NCBI GenBank assembly: GCA_021325135.1
Contig: JAJPHT010000031.1
Coordinates: 1 to 56,955 of the forward strand
Source of the DNA: Pseudomonadota bacterium
GTDB lineage: Archaea > Thermoplasmatota > SW-10-69-26 > JACQPN01 > JAJPHT01
DNA: 56,955 nucleotides
Direction of reading: 5' to 3'
Each line of letters opens with the position of its first letter. Within the stretch, counting starts at the first letter, position 1. The translations under genes and the position numbers were made by a program. Under the pieces are notes generated by a model, which worked only from the letters and a program-made list of their open reading frames with translations, had not been told where the DNA came from and searched no databases. Positions 1 to 8,261 of this stretch are shown in pieces.

Positions 1-462
1 CCCGCCACCGAGGACTTCACCATGCTGCGCACGAGCCTCCTGCCGGGCCTCCTGGAGATCCTCAAGAAGAACGCGCACCGCGACCTGCCCCAGCGCCTCT
101 TCGAGGTGGGCATGGTCACGCACGTCAACGAGCACGGGCACGTGGTGAACGAGCGCCGCGTCGCGGGCGTCGTCATCCAGGGGCGCTCCAGCTTCAGCGA
201 GGTGAAGGGCATCGTGCAGGCGCTGGCGCGCGACCTGCGCTGGGAGCTGGCGGTCATCAAGACCGACGACCCAGCCTTCGTCGCGGGCCGCTGCGCGGGC
301 GTGCCGGAGCGCGGCGTCTTCGGCGAGGTGCACCCCGCCGTGCTGGAGGCGTTCGGCCTCTCCCACCCCGTGACGGCCTTCGAGCTTCACCTGGCGCGGG
401 GCCCGGGCGAGGAGACGCGCGGAGCCAAGGCGCACGAGCCTGGCACCCCGAAGCAGGCGTGA
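1..462 (+). CDS. pheT: Phenylalanine--tRNA ligase beta subunit, C-terminal part (5' truncated by window)
   Basis: MLRTSLLPGLL..NAHRDLPQRLFEVG and FGEVHPAVLEAFGL motifs of archaeal PheT; frame open from position 1. Confidence 0.9.
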   Translation, partial: PATEDFTMLRTSLLPGLLEILKKNAHRDLPQRLFEVGMVTHVNEHGHVVNERRVAGVVIQGRSSFSEVKGIVQALARDLRWELAVIKTDDPAFVAGRCAGVPERGVFGEVHPAVLEAFGLSHPVTAFELHLARGPGEETRGAKAHEPGTPKQA

Positions 463-603
463 CACGGGCGGGGCCCGCGGGAGGCCTGGGACTTCGGAGG
501 CCCCGAAATCCCCGCCGGCCGGAGCCGCCATCTTCATGTACCATGAGGCAGTAGGCCGTCATGCCCCGTTGTGCCAGCCACAATCGGGCAGGGTCGAGCC
601 CCC

Positions 604-1005
604 ATGAAGATCGACATCGGCAACGGCAAGGTGCTGGGCACCAAGCGCGTAAGCCCCAACGGCCAGATCTCCGGCTTCACCGAGTACGCGGGCCAGGAGG
701 TCCTCGTGGTCCTCCCGGGCGGCGAGACCGACGTGAAGCTGGGCGCCAAGGACCTGATCCGCGAGATCCAGGTCGCCACGAACGAGCACATGAAGGTCGC
801 CTTCCACCAGTACAAGGACCTCAAGCGCCGCTTCGAGACGCCCGAGAAGGCCACCAAGGAGTTCCTGGCCAAGAACGCCCCCCGCTCCTTCCAGGGCCTC
901 TACGAGAAGGTCGAGTTCTGGGTGGGCGAGCAGCTCGACCGCGTCGAGGAGAAGGTCGAGATCGCCCTCCAGGACGAGCCCCGTTCCAAGTCCCCTTCGG
1001 AGTGA
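604..1005 (+). CDS. DUF2080/AbrB-like N-terminus plus helical domain protein
   Basis: KRVSPNGQISGFTEYAGQEVLVV resembles a swapped-hairpin (DUF2080/AbrB) motif; amphipathic helical C-terminus; typical codon usage. Confidence 0.6.
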   Translation: MKIDIGNGKVLGTKRVSPNGQISGFTEYAGQEVLVVLPGGETDVKLGAKDLIREIQVATNEHMKVAFHQYKDLKRRFETPEKATKEFLAKNAPRSFQGLYEKVEFWVGEQLDRVEEKVEIALQDEPRSKSPSE

Positions 1006-1010
1006 TCCCC

Positions 1011-1556
1011 ATGTCCGCCCCCACCGCCACCCAAGCCAAGAAGCCCTCCCCCGCCGACCTCGTCCACCAGGCTGAGGCCAACGAGTGGGGCCAGATCGTG
1101 AACCTCGAGCCGCACGCGCAGTACTTCGTCGTGCGCCGCCCCACCGCGCAGATGACGCGCGAGATGAGCAACCAGATGATGGACGACCTCAAGGCGTTCG
1201 TCGCCGCGCAGCGCGAGATGGCCGAGAAGCAGGTCGCCGAGATCAACGAGAAGGTCCTCCCCAAGGCGATCGACACCATGCAGCAGGTGCGCGAGCAGGT
1301 GGAGAAGCGCGTCGACATCCTCACCAAGGAGTTCGAGTCGCGCGTGGAGAAGCTGGAGGCCGAGCTTGGCGACCGCGCGCCGAAGTTCCTGCGCCGCGAG
1401 CGCGCCGACGAGCCCCGCCCCGCGGAGCCGCCGGCCGGCAGCGCGCCCGGCGAGATGCCCATGGGCAGCGAGAACGGCCACGAGGGCCCCGCCGCCGAGG
1501 GCGCGTCCTCCGACAAGCCCGCGTCCCGGAAGAAGCCGGGCAAGAAGAGCGAGTGA
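1011..1556 (+). CDS. Coiled-coil, phasin-like hypothetical protein
   Basis: ATG 5 nt after previous stop; amphipathic helix ending RVEKLEAEL; low-complexity tail; upstream of ABC1 kinase. Confidence 0.6.
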   Translation: MSAPTATQAKKPSPADLVHQAEANEWGQIVNLEPHAQYFVVRRPTAQMTREMSNQMMDDLKAFVAAQREMAEKQVAEINEKVLPKAIDTMQQVREQVEKRVDILTKEFESRVEKLEAELGDRAPKFLRRERADEPRPAEPPAGSAPGEMPMGSENGHEGPAAEGASSDKPASRKKPGKKSE

Positions 1557-1638
1557 AGAGGGTCCAGGGGGCCTGCGCCCCCCGAGCCCCGCGTTTGTCC
1601 GCAAAGCTTGAACGGGGACCCGCCATCTTCCCGCCGCC

Positions 1639-3318
1639 ATGGCGGACTTCGGCGGATCGGACCTTCCGAACGCCGACGAGCGCCCGCAGAAGGCCATCAG
1701 CAAGCTCCAGCGCACGGTGGAGATCAGCCGCATCCTCTACGAGAACGACTTCTTCGCCATGATGCGCGAGCTGGCGCGCGCCGAGCGCGTGCCGGGCGAC
1801 ATCGTGGGCACCTCCGAGCTGGTGTTCCCTCCCGACGTGCCGCGCCGCGTGCGCCGCATGCTGGAGCAGCTGGGCCCCACGTTCATCAAGATCGGCCAGC
1901 TTCTGGGCACGCGCCCCGACCTCATCGGGAAGCCGTTCCTGGAGGAGTTCAAGCACCTCTACGACAAGACGACGCCCTCGCCCTTCCCCGAGATCCGGGA
2001 GCTGATCGAGACGGAGCTGGGCCGCCCGCTCAAGGAGGTGTACGCCACCTTCGACGAGGTGCCCGTCGCCTCCGCGTCGGTGGGGCAGGTCCACTTCGCG
2101 ACGCTCCTCTCGGGCGAGAAGGTCGCGGTCAAGGTGCAGCACCCGGGGATCGAGGAGCGCGTCCGCGTCGACTTCGAGATCATGGAGCCCATGGTCCGCT
2201 TCGTGGAGAACCTCTTCGCGGCCTCCCGCGTGTGGCAGCCGCGCGAGCACCTCCTGGAGGTCCAGGCCATGCTCTTCCGCGAGCTGGACTACCGCAACGA
2301 GGCGAAGAACGTCCAGCGCGTGAGCAGCGCGTTCCAGGACGATCCCACGGTGAAGATCCCCACCGTCCACTGGCACGCCTCGTCGCGGCGCGTGCTCACG
2401 CTGGAGCGCATCGAGGGGATCAAGTTCAGCAACTTCGAGAACCCCGAATTGAAGGCGCTGGACGGCAAGCGCCTGGCGGAGATCATCACCTACGCCATGG
2501 CGAAGCAGATCTTCGAGGTCCGCTTCTTCCACGCCGACCCCTCGCCGGGGAACCTCATGGCCATGAGCAGCGAGCAGGTGGCCTTCCTCGACTGGGGCGC
2601 CGTGGGCTCCGTCTCGCGCCGCCGCAGCGAGCGCATCCTCGCCCTCATCCTGGGCTTCGTGCGGGGCGACCTCGACGGCGTGGCGCAGGCGCTCATCGAC
2701 ATCTGCCGCCACGGCAGCGACGTGGACATGGGGGAGCTGATGCGCGACATGGAGCGCATCATGGACTACCACGAGCGCGAGCGCGCGAGCGTGGGCGACC
2801 CCGTCGTCCTGGAGATGATCCTGGACGTGGCGAACAAGCACGACATGCTGCTGCCGCCCGACTTCATGCTCATCACGCGCGCCCTGTTCCAGTTCGAGGG
2901 GCTCTGCAAGAAGCTCGACCCCGGCTACGAGCTTGTCGACGTGCTGGAGCCCTACGTCTTCCGCTACCTGCGCAAGGAGGCGTTCAACGTCGGCGAGTCG
3001 GGCGAGAAGCTCCTCTCGGGCGCCCTGGAGGCGCTGGAGGCCGCGCGCCACTTCCCGCAGCGCGTGAACAAGGTCCTGCGCATGGTGGAGAACAACGAGC
3101 TTCGCGTCCGCGTCGACATGGACCGGAAAGGCGAGCGCCTGGAGCGCGAGGAGCGGCGCAACCTCCGCAACACGTTCACCGCGCTGGTCGCCGCGCTGAT
3201 CCTGGGCGTCGCGTGGATCATGGCCAGCGGCAACGGCGGCGTGCTCGTCCCCTTCCTCTTCACCTCGGTCCTCTTCCTCCTCATCTGGGCCTTCTTCTTC
3301 CTCTACTGGACGGACTGA
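1639..3318 (+). CDS. AarF/ABC1/UbiB family atypical kinase
   Basis: LGPTFIKIGQ, ASASVGQVH, VAVKVQHP, FFHADPSPGN, FLDWG motifs; two C-terminal TM helices. Confidence 0.95.
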   Translation: MADFGGSDLPNADERPQKAISKLQRTVEISRILYENDFFAMMRELARAERVPGDIVGTSELVFPPDVPRRVRRMLEQLGPTFIKIGQLLGTRPDLIGKPFLEEFKHLYDKTTPSPFPEIRELIETELGRPLKEVYATFDEVPVASASVGQVHFATLLSGEKVAVKVQHPGIEERVRVDFEIMEPMVRFVENLFAASRVWQPREHLLEVQAMLFRELDYRNEAKNVQRVSSAFQDDPTVKIPTVHWHASSRRVLTLERIEGIKFSNFENPELKALDGKRLAEIITYAMAKQIFEVRFFHADPSPGNLMAMSSEQVAFLDWGAVGSVSRRRSERILALILGFVRGDLDGVAQALIDICRHGSDVDMGELMRDMERIMDYHERERASVGDPVVLEMILDVANKHDMLLPPDFMLITRALFQFEGLCKKLDPGYELVDVLEPYVFRYLRKEAFNVGESGEKLLSGALEALEAARHFPQRVNKVLRMVENNELRVRVDMDRKGERLEREERRNLRNTFTALVAALILGVAWIMASGNGGVLVPFLFTSVLFLLIWAFFFLYWTD

Positions 3319-3321
3319 GCC

Positions 3322-3702
3322 ATGGACAAGGACGCGATGCGCCTCCACCAGGGGCACCCCGCGAAGCTCGCGACGGACTGGCTCTCGGGCCTGGCCGCGC
3401 TCGCCCTCCTCTGGCAGGGGCGCGCCTTCGCGGGCGTCATGGTCCTCCTGGTGCCGCCGCTCGTGGGCACCCTGCTCGTGCTGCGCTTCGTGGACCTCGC
3501 GCCGCTGAAGGCCACGCGCTGGGGCCGCGCCCTCGTGCGCCGCATGGTCCCCGCGCTCCAGGGGCTCCGCCTCGCGGGTTTCCTCGTGGCGGCCGTGGGC
3601 GCCTGGCTGCACGCGCCCGCGGAGATCGCGGTGGGCCTCGCCCTCGTGCTGGCGGCGTGGGGGCCCGTCGTGGCGGACGCGCTGCGGGCGTCGCCTGCGT
3701 GA
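3322..3702 (+). CDS. Hypothetical membrane protein
   Basis: Starts 3 nt after kinase stop; several hydrophobic segments. Confidence 0.65.
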   Translation: MDKDAMRLHQGHPAKLATDWLSGLAALALLWQGRAFAGVMVLLVPPLVGTLLVLRFVDLAPLKATRWGRALVRRMVPALQGLRLAGFLVAAVGAWLHAPAEIAVGLALVLAAWGPVVADALRASPA

Positions 3703-3776
3703 TCCACCTCGCGCTTGGATCCTCGGGGTCCGCGTGCCCGTCGGCCCCCTCGCATGCGGGCTTCAGCCCGGAGGGC

Positions 3777-3992
3777 TCAGGCGCCCCACAGCCGCTCGCG
3801 GCGCCGCTCGGTGAGCGCGGGCGTCGCGACGGTGAGGAGCCCCTCCGCCTCGGCGCCGATGAACGTCAGGCTCACGCGCAGCATGCCGCGCCGGAGCACC
3901 GCCTCCACGCACTCCTCGTCGCTGCTGATCGCCTCCACCACGTACCCCTCCGCCATGAGCCGGCGAAGCTGGGCCACCTTGTCTTGCCTCAT
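3777..3992 (-). CDS. Small hypothetical protein
   Basis: 71-aa ATG ORF with host codon usage filling the intergenic gap. Confidence 0.5.
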   Translation of the reverse strand: MRQDKVAQLRRLMAEGYVVEAISSDEECVEAVLRRGMLRVSLTFIGAEAEGLLTVATPALTERRRERLWGA

Positions 3993-4078
3993 GCTCGTCG
4001 GCAGGTGGCTAGGCTGCTTGCCTGGTTGAACCGGTGGGGCGAGGCGGGAGCGACGCAGGGGTGGGGGTTTTTAGGGGG

Positions 4079-5080
4079 TCAACCGGCGACCTGCCCCGGC
4101 TGGACCCTCTCGCCCTGCACGGTGGCGCCCGGCTTCACCCGCGCGCCGCGGCCCAGCACGCAGTCCGAGACGCGGGCGCCGGCCCCGACGACGGCGTCGG
4201 GCGCCAGGATGGTCCCCTTCACGGTGGCCTTGTCCTCGATGCGGCTGCCATCGTAGAGGATGCAGTCCTCCACCAACGCGCTCCCCTCCACGGCGGCGCC
4301 GGGGTAGAGGTCCGTCCTGGCGACGCGCGCCGAGGGGGAGACCTTGGCGCCCTCCTTGAGCGGCCCTCCGCGGTGCTTCTGGCCCAAGGCCTGGCTCGCC
4401 TTGAGGAGGTCGCCCGGGCGGCCCACGTCCATCCAGAAGCCTTCCAGCGGGACGCCCTGCAGGCGCTTGCCCGCCTCCAGGAGCTTGGGGAAGAGCTGCT
4501 TGCTGAAGTCGTAGGTCTCGCCCTGCGGGATCGCGCGCAGCGCCTCGGGGGAGAGCACGTAGATGCCGGCGTTCACCAGGTTGCTGAACACCTCGTCGGC
4601 CTTGGGCTTCTCCTTGAAGCGCACGATGCGGCCTGTCGGGCCAAGCCCGACGATGCCGAACTCGGTGGGGTTGTCGACGGTGGTGAGCGCCATGGTGGCG
4701 ACCGCGCCGCTGCGCTGGTGCGCGTCCACGAGGGCCTTCACGTTCACGTCCGCGATGACGTCGCCTGATAGCACGACGACGGTGTCGTCGCCGAGGAGCG
4801 GCAGGCACTTCGCGACGCCGCCCGCCGTGCCCATGGCCTCGTCCTCCACGCTGTAGAAGATGCGGGCCTTCAGGCGGCTTCCGCCGGAGAGGTGCTGGAT
4901 GAGGCGCTCGGGCTTGTAGAAGGTCGTGACCAGGATGTCCTTGATCCCCGCGGCCACCAGGGCGTCCAGCGCGTACTCGATGGCCGGCTTGCCCGCCACG
5001 CGGAGGAAGGGCTTGGGGACGTCCAGGGTGAGGGGCCGCAGGCGGGTCCCCTCCCCGCCCGCCATGACCACGGCTTTCAT
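4079..5080 (-). CDS. NDP-sugar pyrophosphorylase (mannose-1-phosphate guanylyltransferase-like) with left-handed beta-helix tail
   Basis: MKAVVMAGGEGTRLRPLT..PKP, FKEKP, VNAGIY, WMDVG motifs; hexapeptide repeats at C-terminus. Confidence 0.92.
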   Translation of the reverse strand: MKAVVMAGGEGTRLRPLTLDVPKPFLRVAGKPAIEYALDALVAAGIKDILVTTFYKPERLIQHLSGGSRLKARIFYSVEDEAMGTAGGVAKCLPLLGDDTVVVLSGDVIADVNVKALVDAHQRSGAVATMALTTVDNPTEFGIVGLGPTGRIVRFKEKPKADEVFSNLVNAGIYVLSPEALRAIPQGETYDFSKQLFPKLLEAGKRLQGVPLEGFWMDVGRPGDLLKASQALGQKHRGGPLKEGAKVSPSARVARTDLYPGAAVEGSALVEDCILYDGSRIEDKATVKGTILAPDAVVGAGARVSDCVLGRGARVKPGATVQGERVQPGQVAG

Positions 5081-5165
5081 GCGACGCGCCAGGGAGCCGT
5101 GCGCCAAAGAACCTTCGGCTACGCACGCCGGAGGCGCGGACTTCGATACCCGCACCAATGCGGGC

Positions 5166-7217
5166 TTGGGGTCGGAGCGGCAGAGGAGGGCAAGAGGCGA
5201 TTCCCTGCCGCGCCGACTGCTTCCTATCCTCCTTGCCGGGCTCCTGCTGGTCGCAGCGTCGCCCGCGCGGGCGGCCACCACCACGCAATTGAACTTGATC
5301 ACCAACAGCAGCCCGGGGCATAGCCTGAGCTTCGGGCAGTTCGACAGCGACACCTACGCCGTGGCCGACTTCGACCACGACGGCAAGCGGGAGGTCGTCG
5401 TGAGCAACGACAACCAGGACCTCTACGTGCTCTCGGGCTCGTCCAGCCGCGTGCTCGCGGAGATTCACCCCGACTATCCCGCGGGCTGGCCGGTGCGCAC
5501 CATCAGCGACCCGGTCGTCGCCGACATCGACGGGGACGGGCACCTGGACATCGTCAGCGACGACTCGGCGGGGGTCGTGTGCGCCTTCCGCTACGACAGC
5601 GGCACCTCCACCACCAGCATGACGTTCACCAAGATGTGGTGCCACCGGATGTCCGACTACATGGGCGACCAGACGGGCGCCGACGCCGGGGTCGCCGTGG
5701 GCGACGTGGACGGCAGCGGCAAGCTGGTCACCTTCAGCAACACCGAGGACAAGGGCCTCTACGCGTTCAACTCCGACGGCAGCGTGCGCTGGAAGAGCGC
5801 CGACTACGGCGGCAACGCGGGCCCGCTGCTCACGGACCTCGACGGCGACGGCCACAAGGAGATCGTCTTCTGGGGCGACGGCGGCGAGGTGCGCGTGCGC
5901 GACGCCAGCACGGGCACGCCCAAGTGGACCTTCTACTCCAACAAGTACGTCACGCCCGCGTCCATCTCCGTCTCGGGCAGCGCGGCCGACCTGGACGGCG
6001 ACGGCAAGAAGGAGCTGGTCTACATGGCGCGCGACGCGCACGACGCGACCAACTTCAGCAACGACCACGCCGCGCTCTTCGTCCTGGGCTACAACGGCGC
6101 GCTGAAGTGGTGGGTCCACCCCTCGTGGACCAACCCCACGAGCTACAACCACCCGGTGCTCGCCGACGTGAACGGCGACGGGAAGAAGGAGATCATCACG
6201 CTGGACTGGAACACCATCGGCCACAAGCCGGGCAACTGGGAGGTCACGGGCTCCCCGCACCTCTTCTCGTACTCGTGGGACGGCAGGCTCCTCTGGAAGG
6301 ACGACATCGCCGACCCGTGGAGCAACGACGACGTGGCGCTGGCCGACGTGACCGGCGACGGCGTGCAGGACGTCCTGGCCATCGGCACCGCCAACGGCCA
6401 CGACGGCGTCTGGTACGTCAACTCGCGCACCGGCGCCTTCGAGCAGCACGTCGACACGGCGTATGGCGCGCTGCGCGGGCCGGTCATCGGCGACTTCGAC
6501 GGCAGCGGCAAGCTCAGCTGGGCCCTCAGCATCCACAGCTCCAGCGCCGGGGGCGGGTTCCAGTTCTTCAAGACGGACCAGCCCTGCCAGGGGCTCTTCC
6601 TGAGCTTCCACGAGAACGACAACTGCGGCGGCAGCGGCACGCCCCCTCCGCCTCCCCCGCCCCCGCCGCCGGGCGGCTCGTTCAGCGCGACGTTCACGCC
6701 CACGGGCGCCAACGAGTGGTGGATCCAGGTCCACGTCACCACGGGCAACGCCCTCTCGGGCGTGGACGCGCGGGTCAACGGCGGGACCTGGCAGCCCCTG
6801 ACGCTCCAGAGCTGGGGCGACTGGGCCGCGAGCTATCACGCCGCGAGCGGCTCGACCGTGGAGTTCCGCGCGACCGACACGGGCGGCAACACCGCGCAGT
6901 CGGGATGCTATCTCTGGACCTCCATGGCGGCCACCACCTGCGGCGGCTCGCCCCCTCCGCCCACGTTCGCCGCGACGTTCAGCAACGTGCGCGGCAACGA
7001 GTGGTGGGAGGAGACGGACGTGTCCGTGACGGGCAGCACGCTGGCGGGCGTGGACGTGGCCATCAACGGCGGCGCGTGGACGGCGCTTGACCACCAGAGC
7101 TACGGCTCGTGGGCCAAGAGCCTGCACGCGCCCGCCGGCAGCACGGTCCAGTTCCGCGCCCGCTCGACGGACGGCCAGACGGCGACCTCGACGACGTACC
7201 ATTGGCCGCCGGCTTGA
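5166..7217 (+). CDS. Secreted FG-GAP/VCBS repeat beta-propeller protein with two C-terminal expansin/CBM63-like domains (start uncertain, TTG)
   Basis: Signal peptide ending SPARA; repeated (A/G)D(L/V/F)DGDG..(E/D)IV motifs; poly-Pro linkers; duplicated GNEWW..GVD..NGG.W..L..QSxG.WA domain. Confidence 0.85.
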   Translation: MGSERQRRARGDSLPRRLLPILLAGLLLVAASPARAATTTQLNLITNSSPGHSLSFGQFDSDTYAVADFDHDGKREVVVSNDNQDLYVLSGSSSRVLAEIHPDYPAGWPVRTISDPVVADIDGDGHLDIVSDDSAGVVCAFRYDSGTSTTSMTFTKMWCHRMSDYMGDQTGADAGVAVGDVDGSGKLVTFSNTEDKGLYAFNSDGSVRWKSADYGGNAGPLLTDLDGDGHKEIVFWGDGGEVRVRDASTGTPKWTFYSNKYVTPASISVSGSAADLDGDGKKELVYMARDAHDATNFSNDHAALFVLGYNGALKWWVHPSWTNPTSYNHPVLADVNGDGKKEIITLDWNTIGHKPGNWEVTGSPHLFSYSWDGRLLWKDDIADPWSNDDVALADVTGDGVQDVLAIGTANGHDGVWYVNSRTGAFEQHVDTAYGALRGPVIGDFDGSGKLSWALSIHSSSAGGGFQFFKTDQPCQGLFLSFHENDNCGGSGTPPPPPPPPPPGGSFSATFTPTGANEWWIQVHVTTGNALSGVDARVNGGTWQPLTLQSWGDWAASYHAASGSTVEFRATDTGGNTAQSGCYLWTSMAATTCGGSPPPPTFAATFSNVRGNEWWEETDVSVTGSTLAGVDVAINGGAWTALDHQSYGSWAKSLHAPAGSTVQFRARSTDGQTATSTTYHWPPA

Positions 7218-7285
7218 ACGGGCGAACGTTCGTTCGGGAACCCCAGGTGGTGGGTTCATGGTGGGGGCCCCTCGTGGCCCTCACC

Positions 7286-8221
7286 ATGGCCCCCTCCAGG
7301 CCCGGCACGGCCGCCCTCGTCGCGGCCTTCGCGGCGGTGTACGTCATCTGGGGCTCGACGTACCTCGCCATCCGCTTCGCGGTGGAGAGCCTCCCCCCGT
7401 TTCTCATGGCGTCCTCCCGCTGGATCGTGGCGGGCGTCGCGCTCTACCTCTGGCGCCGCGCCGCGGGCGACGCGCGCCCCGCGCTCCTCCACTGGCGGAG
7501 CGCCGCCATCGTGGGCGCGCTCCTCATCGTGGGCGGCAACGGCCTCGTCTCCTGGGCCGAGCAGACCGTGGAGTCGCACCTCGCCGCGCTCCTCGTCGCC
7601 ATCGTGCCCGTCTACATCGCGCTCCTCTCCTGGGGCGCGACCGGCGCGCGCCCCGGCTGGCGCACCCTCGCGGGCATCGTGCTGGGCCTCGCGGGCGTCG
7701 CCGTCCTCGTGCTCCCGGGCTTCCTCTCCGCGCAGGGCGCGACCGTCACCGCGTGGGGCCTCCTCGCGGTCCTCCTGGCGAGCTTCCTCTGGAGCACGGG
7801 CAGCCTCTACTCGCGAAAGGCGCCCCTTCCCGCAAGCCCGCTCCTGGGCGCCAGCATGGAGATGATCGCGGGCGGCGTCCTCCTGGCCGTCGTGGGCCTC
7901 GCGCGCGGCGAGGCGTCGCACGTGGACCTCGCGGCGGTGAGCGCGCGCTCGTGGATCGCGCTGGCGTTCCTCGCCCTCTTCGGCTCTGTCGTCGCGTACA
8001 GCGCCTACGTCTGGCTGCTGAAGGTCTCGCGCCCCGAGCTGGTGGCCACCTACGCCTTCGTGAACCCCATCGTCGCGGTGGCGCTGGGCGTCGTCCTCGC
8101 GGGCGAGGCCGTGAGCGGCGCCACCCTCCTCGCGGCGGCGCTCATCGTCGCGGCCGTCGCCATCGTCGTGACCTCGCCCGCGCCGCGGGGCCCCGCCGAG
8201 CCTCCCGCCGTCGCGGAATGA
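7286..8221 (+). CDS. EamA/DMT family transporter
   Basis: VYVIWGSTYLAIR, YAFVNPIVAVALG; about 10 TM helices. Confidence 0.92.
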   Translation: MAPSRPGTAALVAAFAAVYVIWGSTYLAIRFAVESLPPFLMASSRWIVAGVALYLWRRAAGDARPALLHWRSAAIVGALLIVGGNGLVSWAEQTVESHLAALLVAIVPVYIALLSWGATGARPGWRTLAGIVLGLAGVAVLVLPGFLSAQGATVTAWGLLAVLLASFLWSTGSLYSRKAPLPASPLLGASMEMIAGGVLLAVVGLARGEASHVDLAAVSARSWIALAFLALFGSVVAYSAYVWLLKVSRPELVATYAFVNPIVAVALGVVLAGEAVSGATLLAAALIVAAVAIVVTSPAPRGPAEPPAVAE

Positions 8222-8261
8222 AACCGCAAGGCTCCAACCAGCGCGCCGCGGATGGGGGAGC

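Noticed and set aside
604-1005. DUF2080-like gene as part of a transposon
   Set aside because: No transposase or terminal repeats nearby; gene is embedded in a host-like operon.
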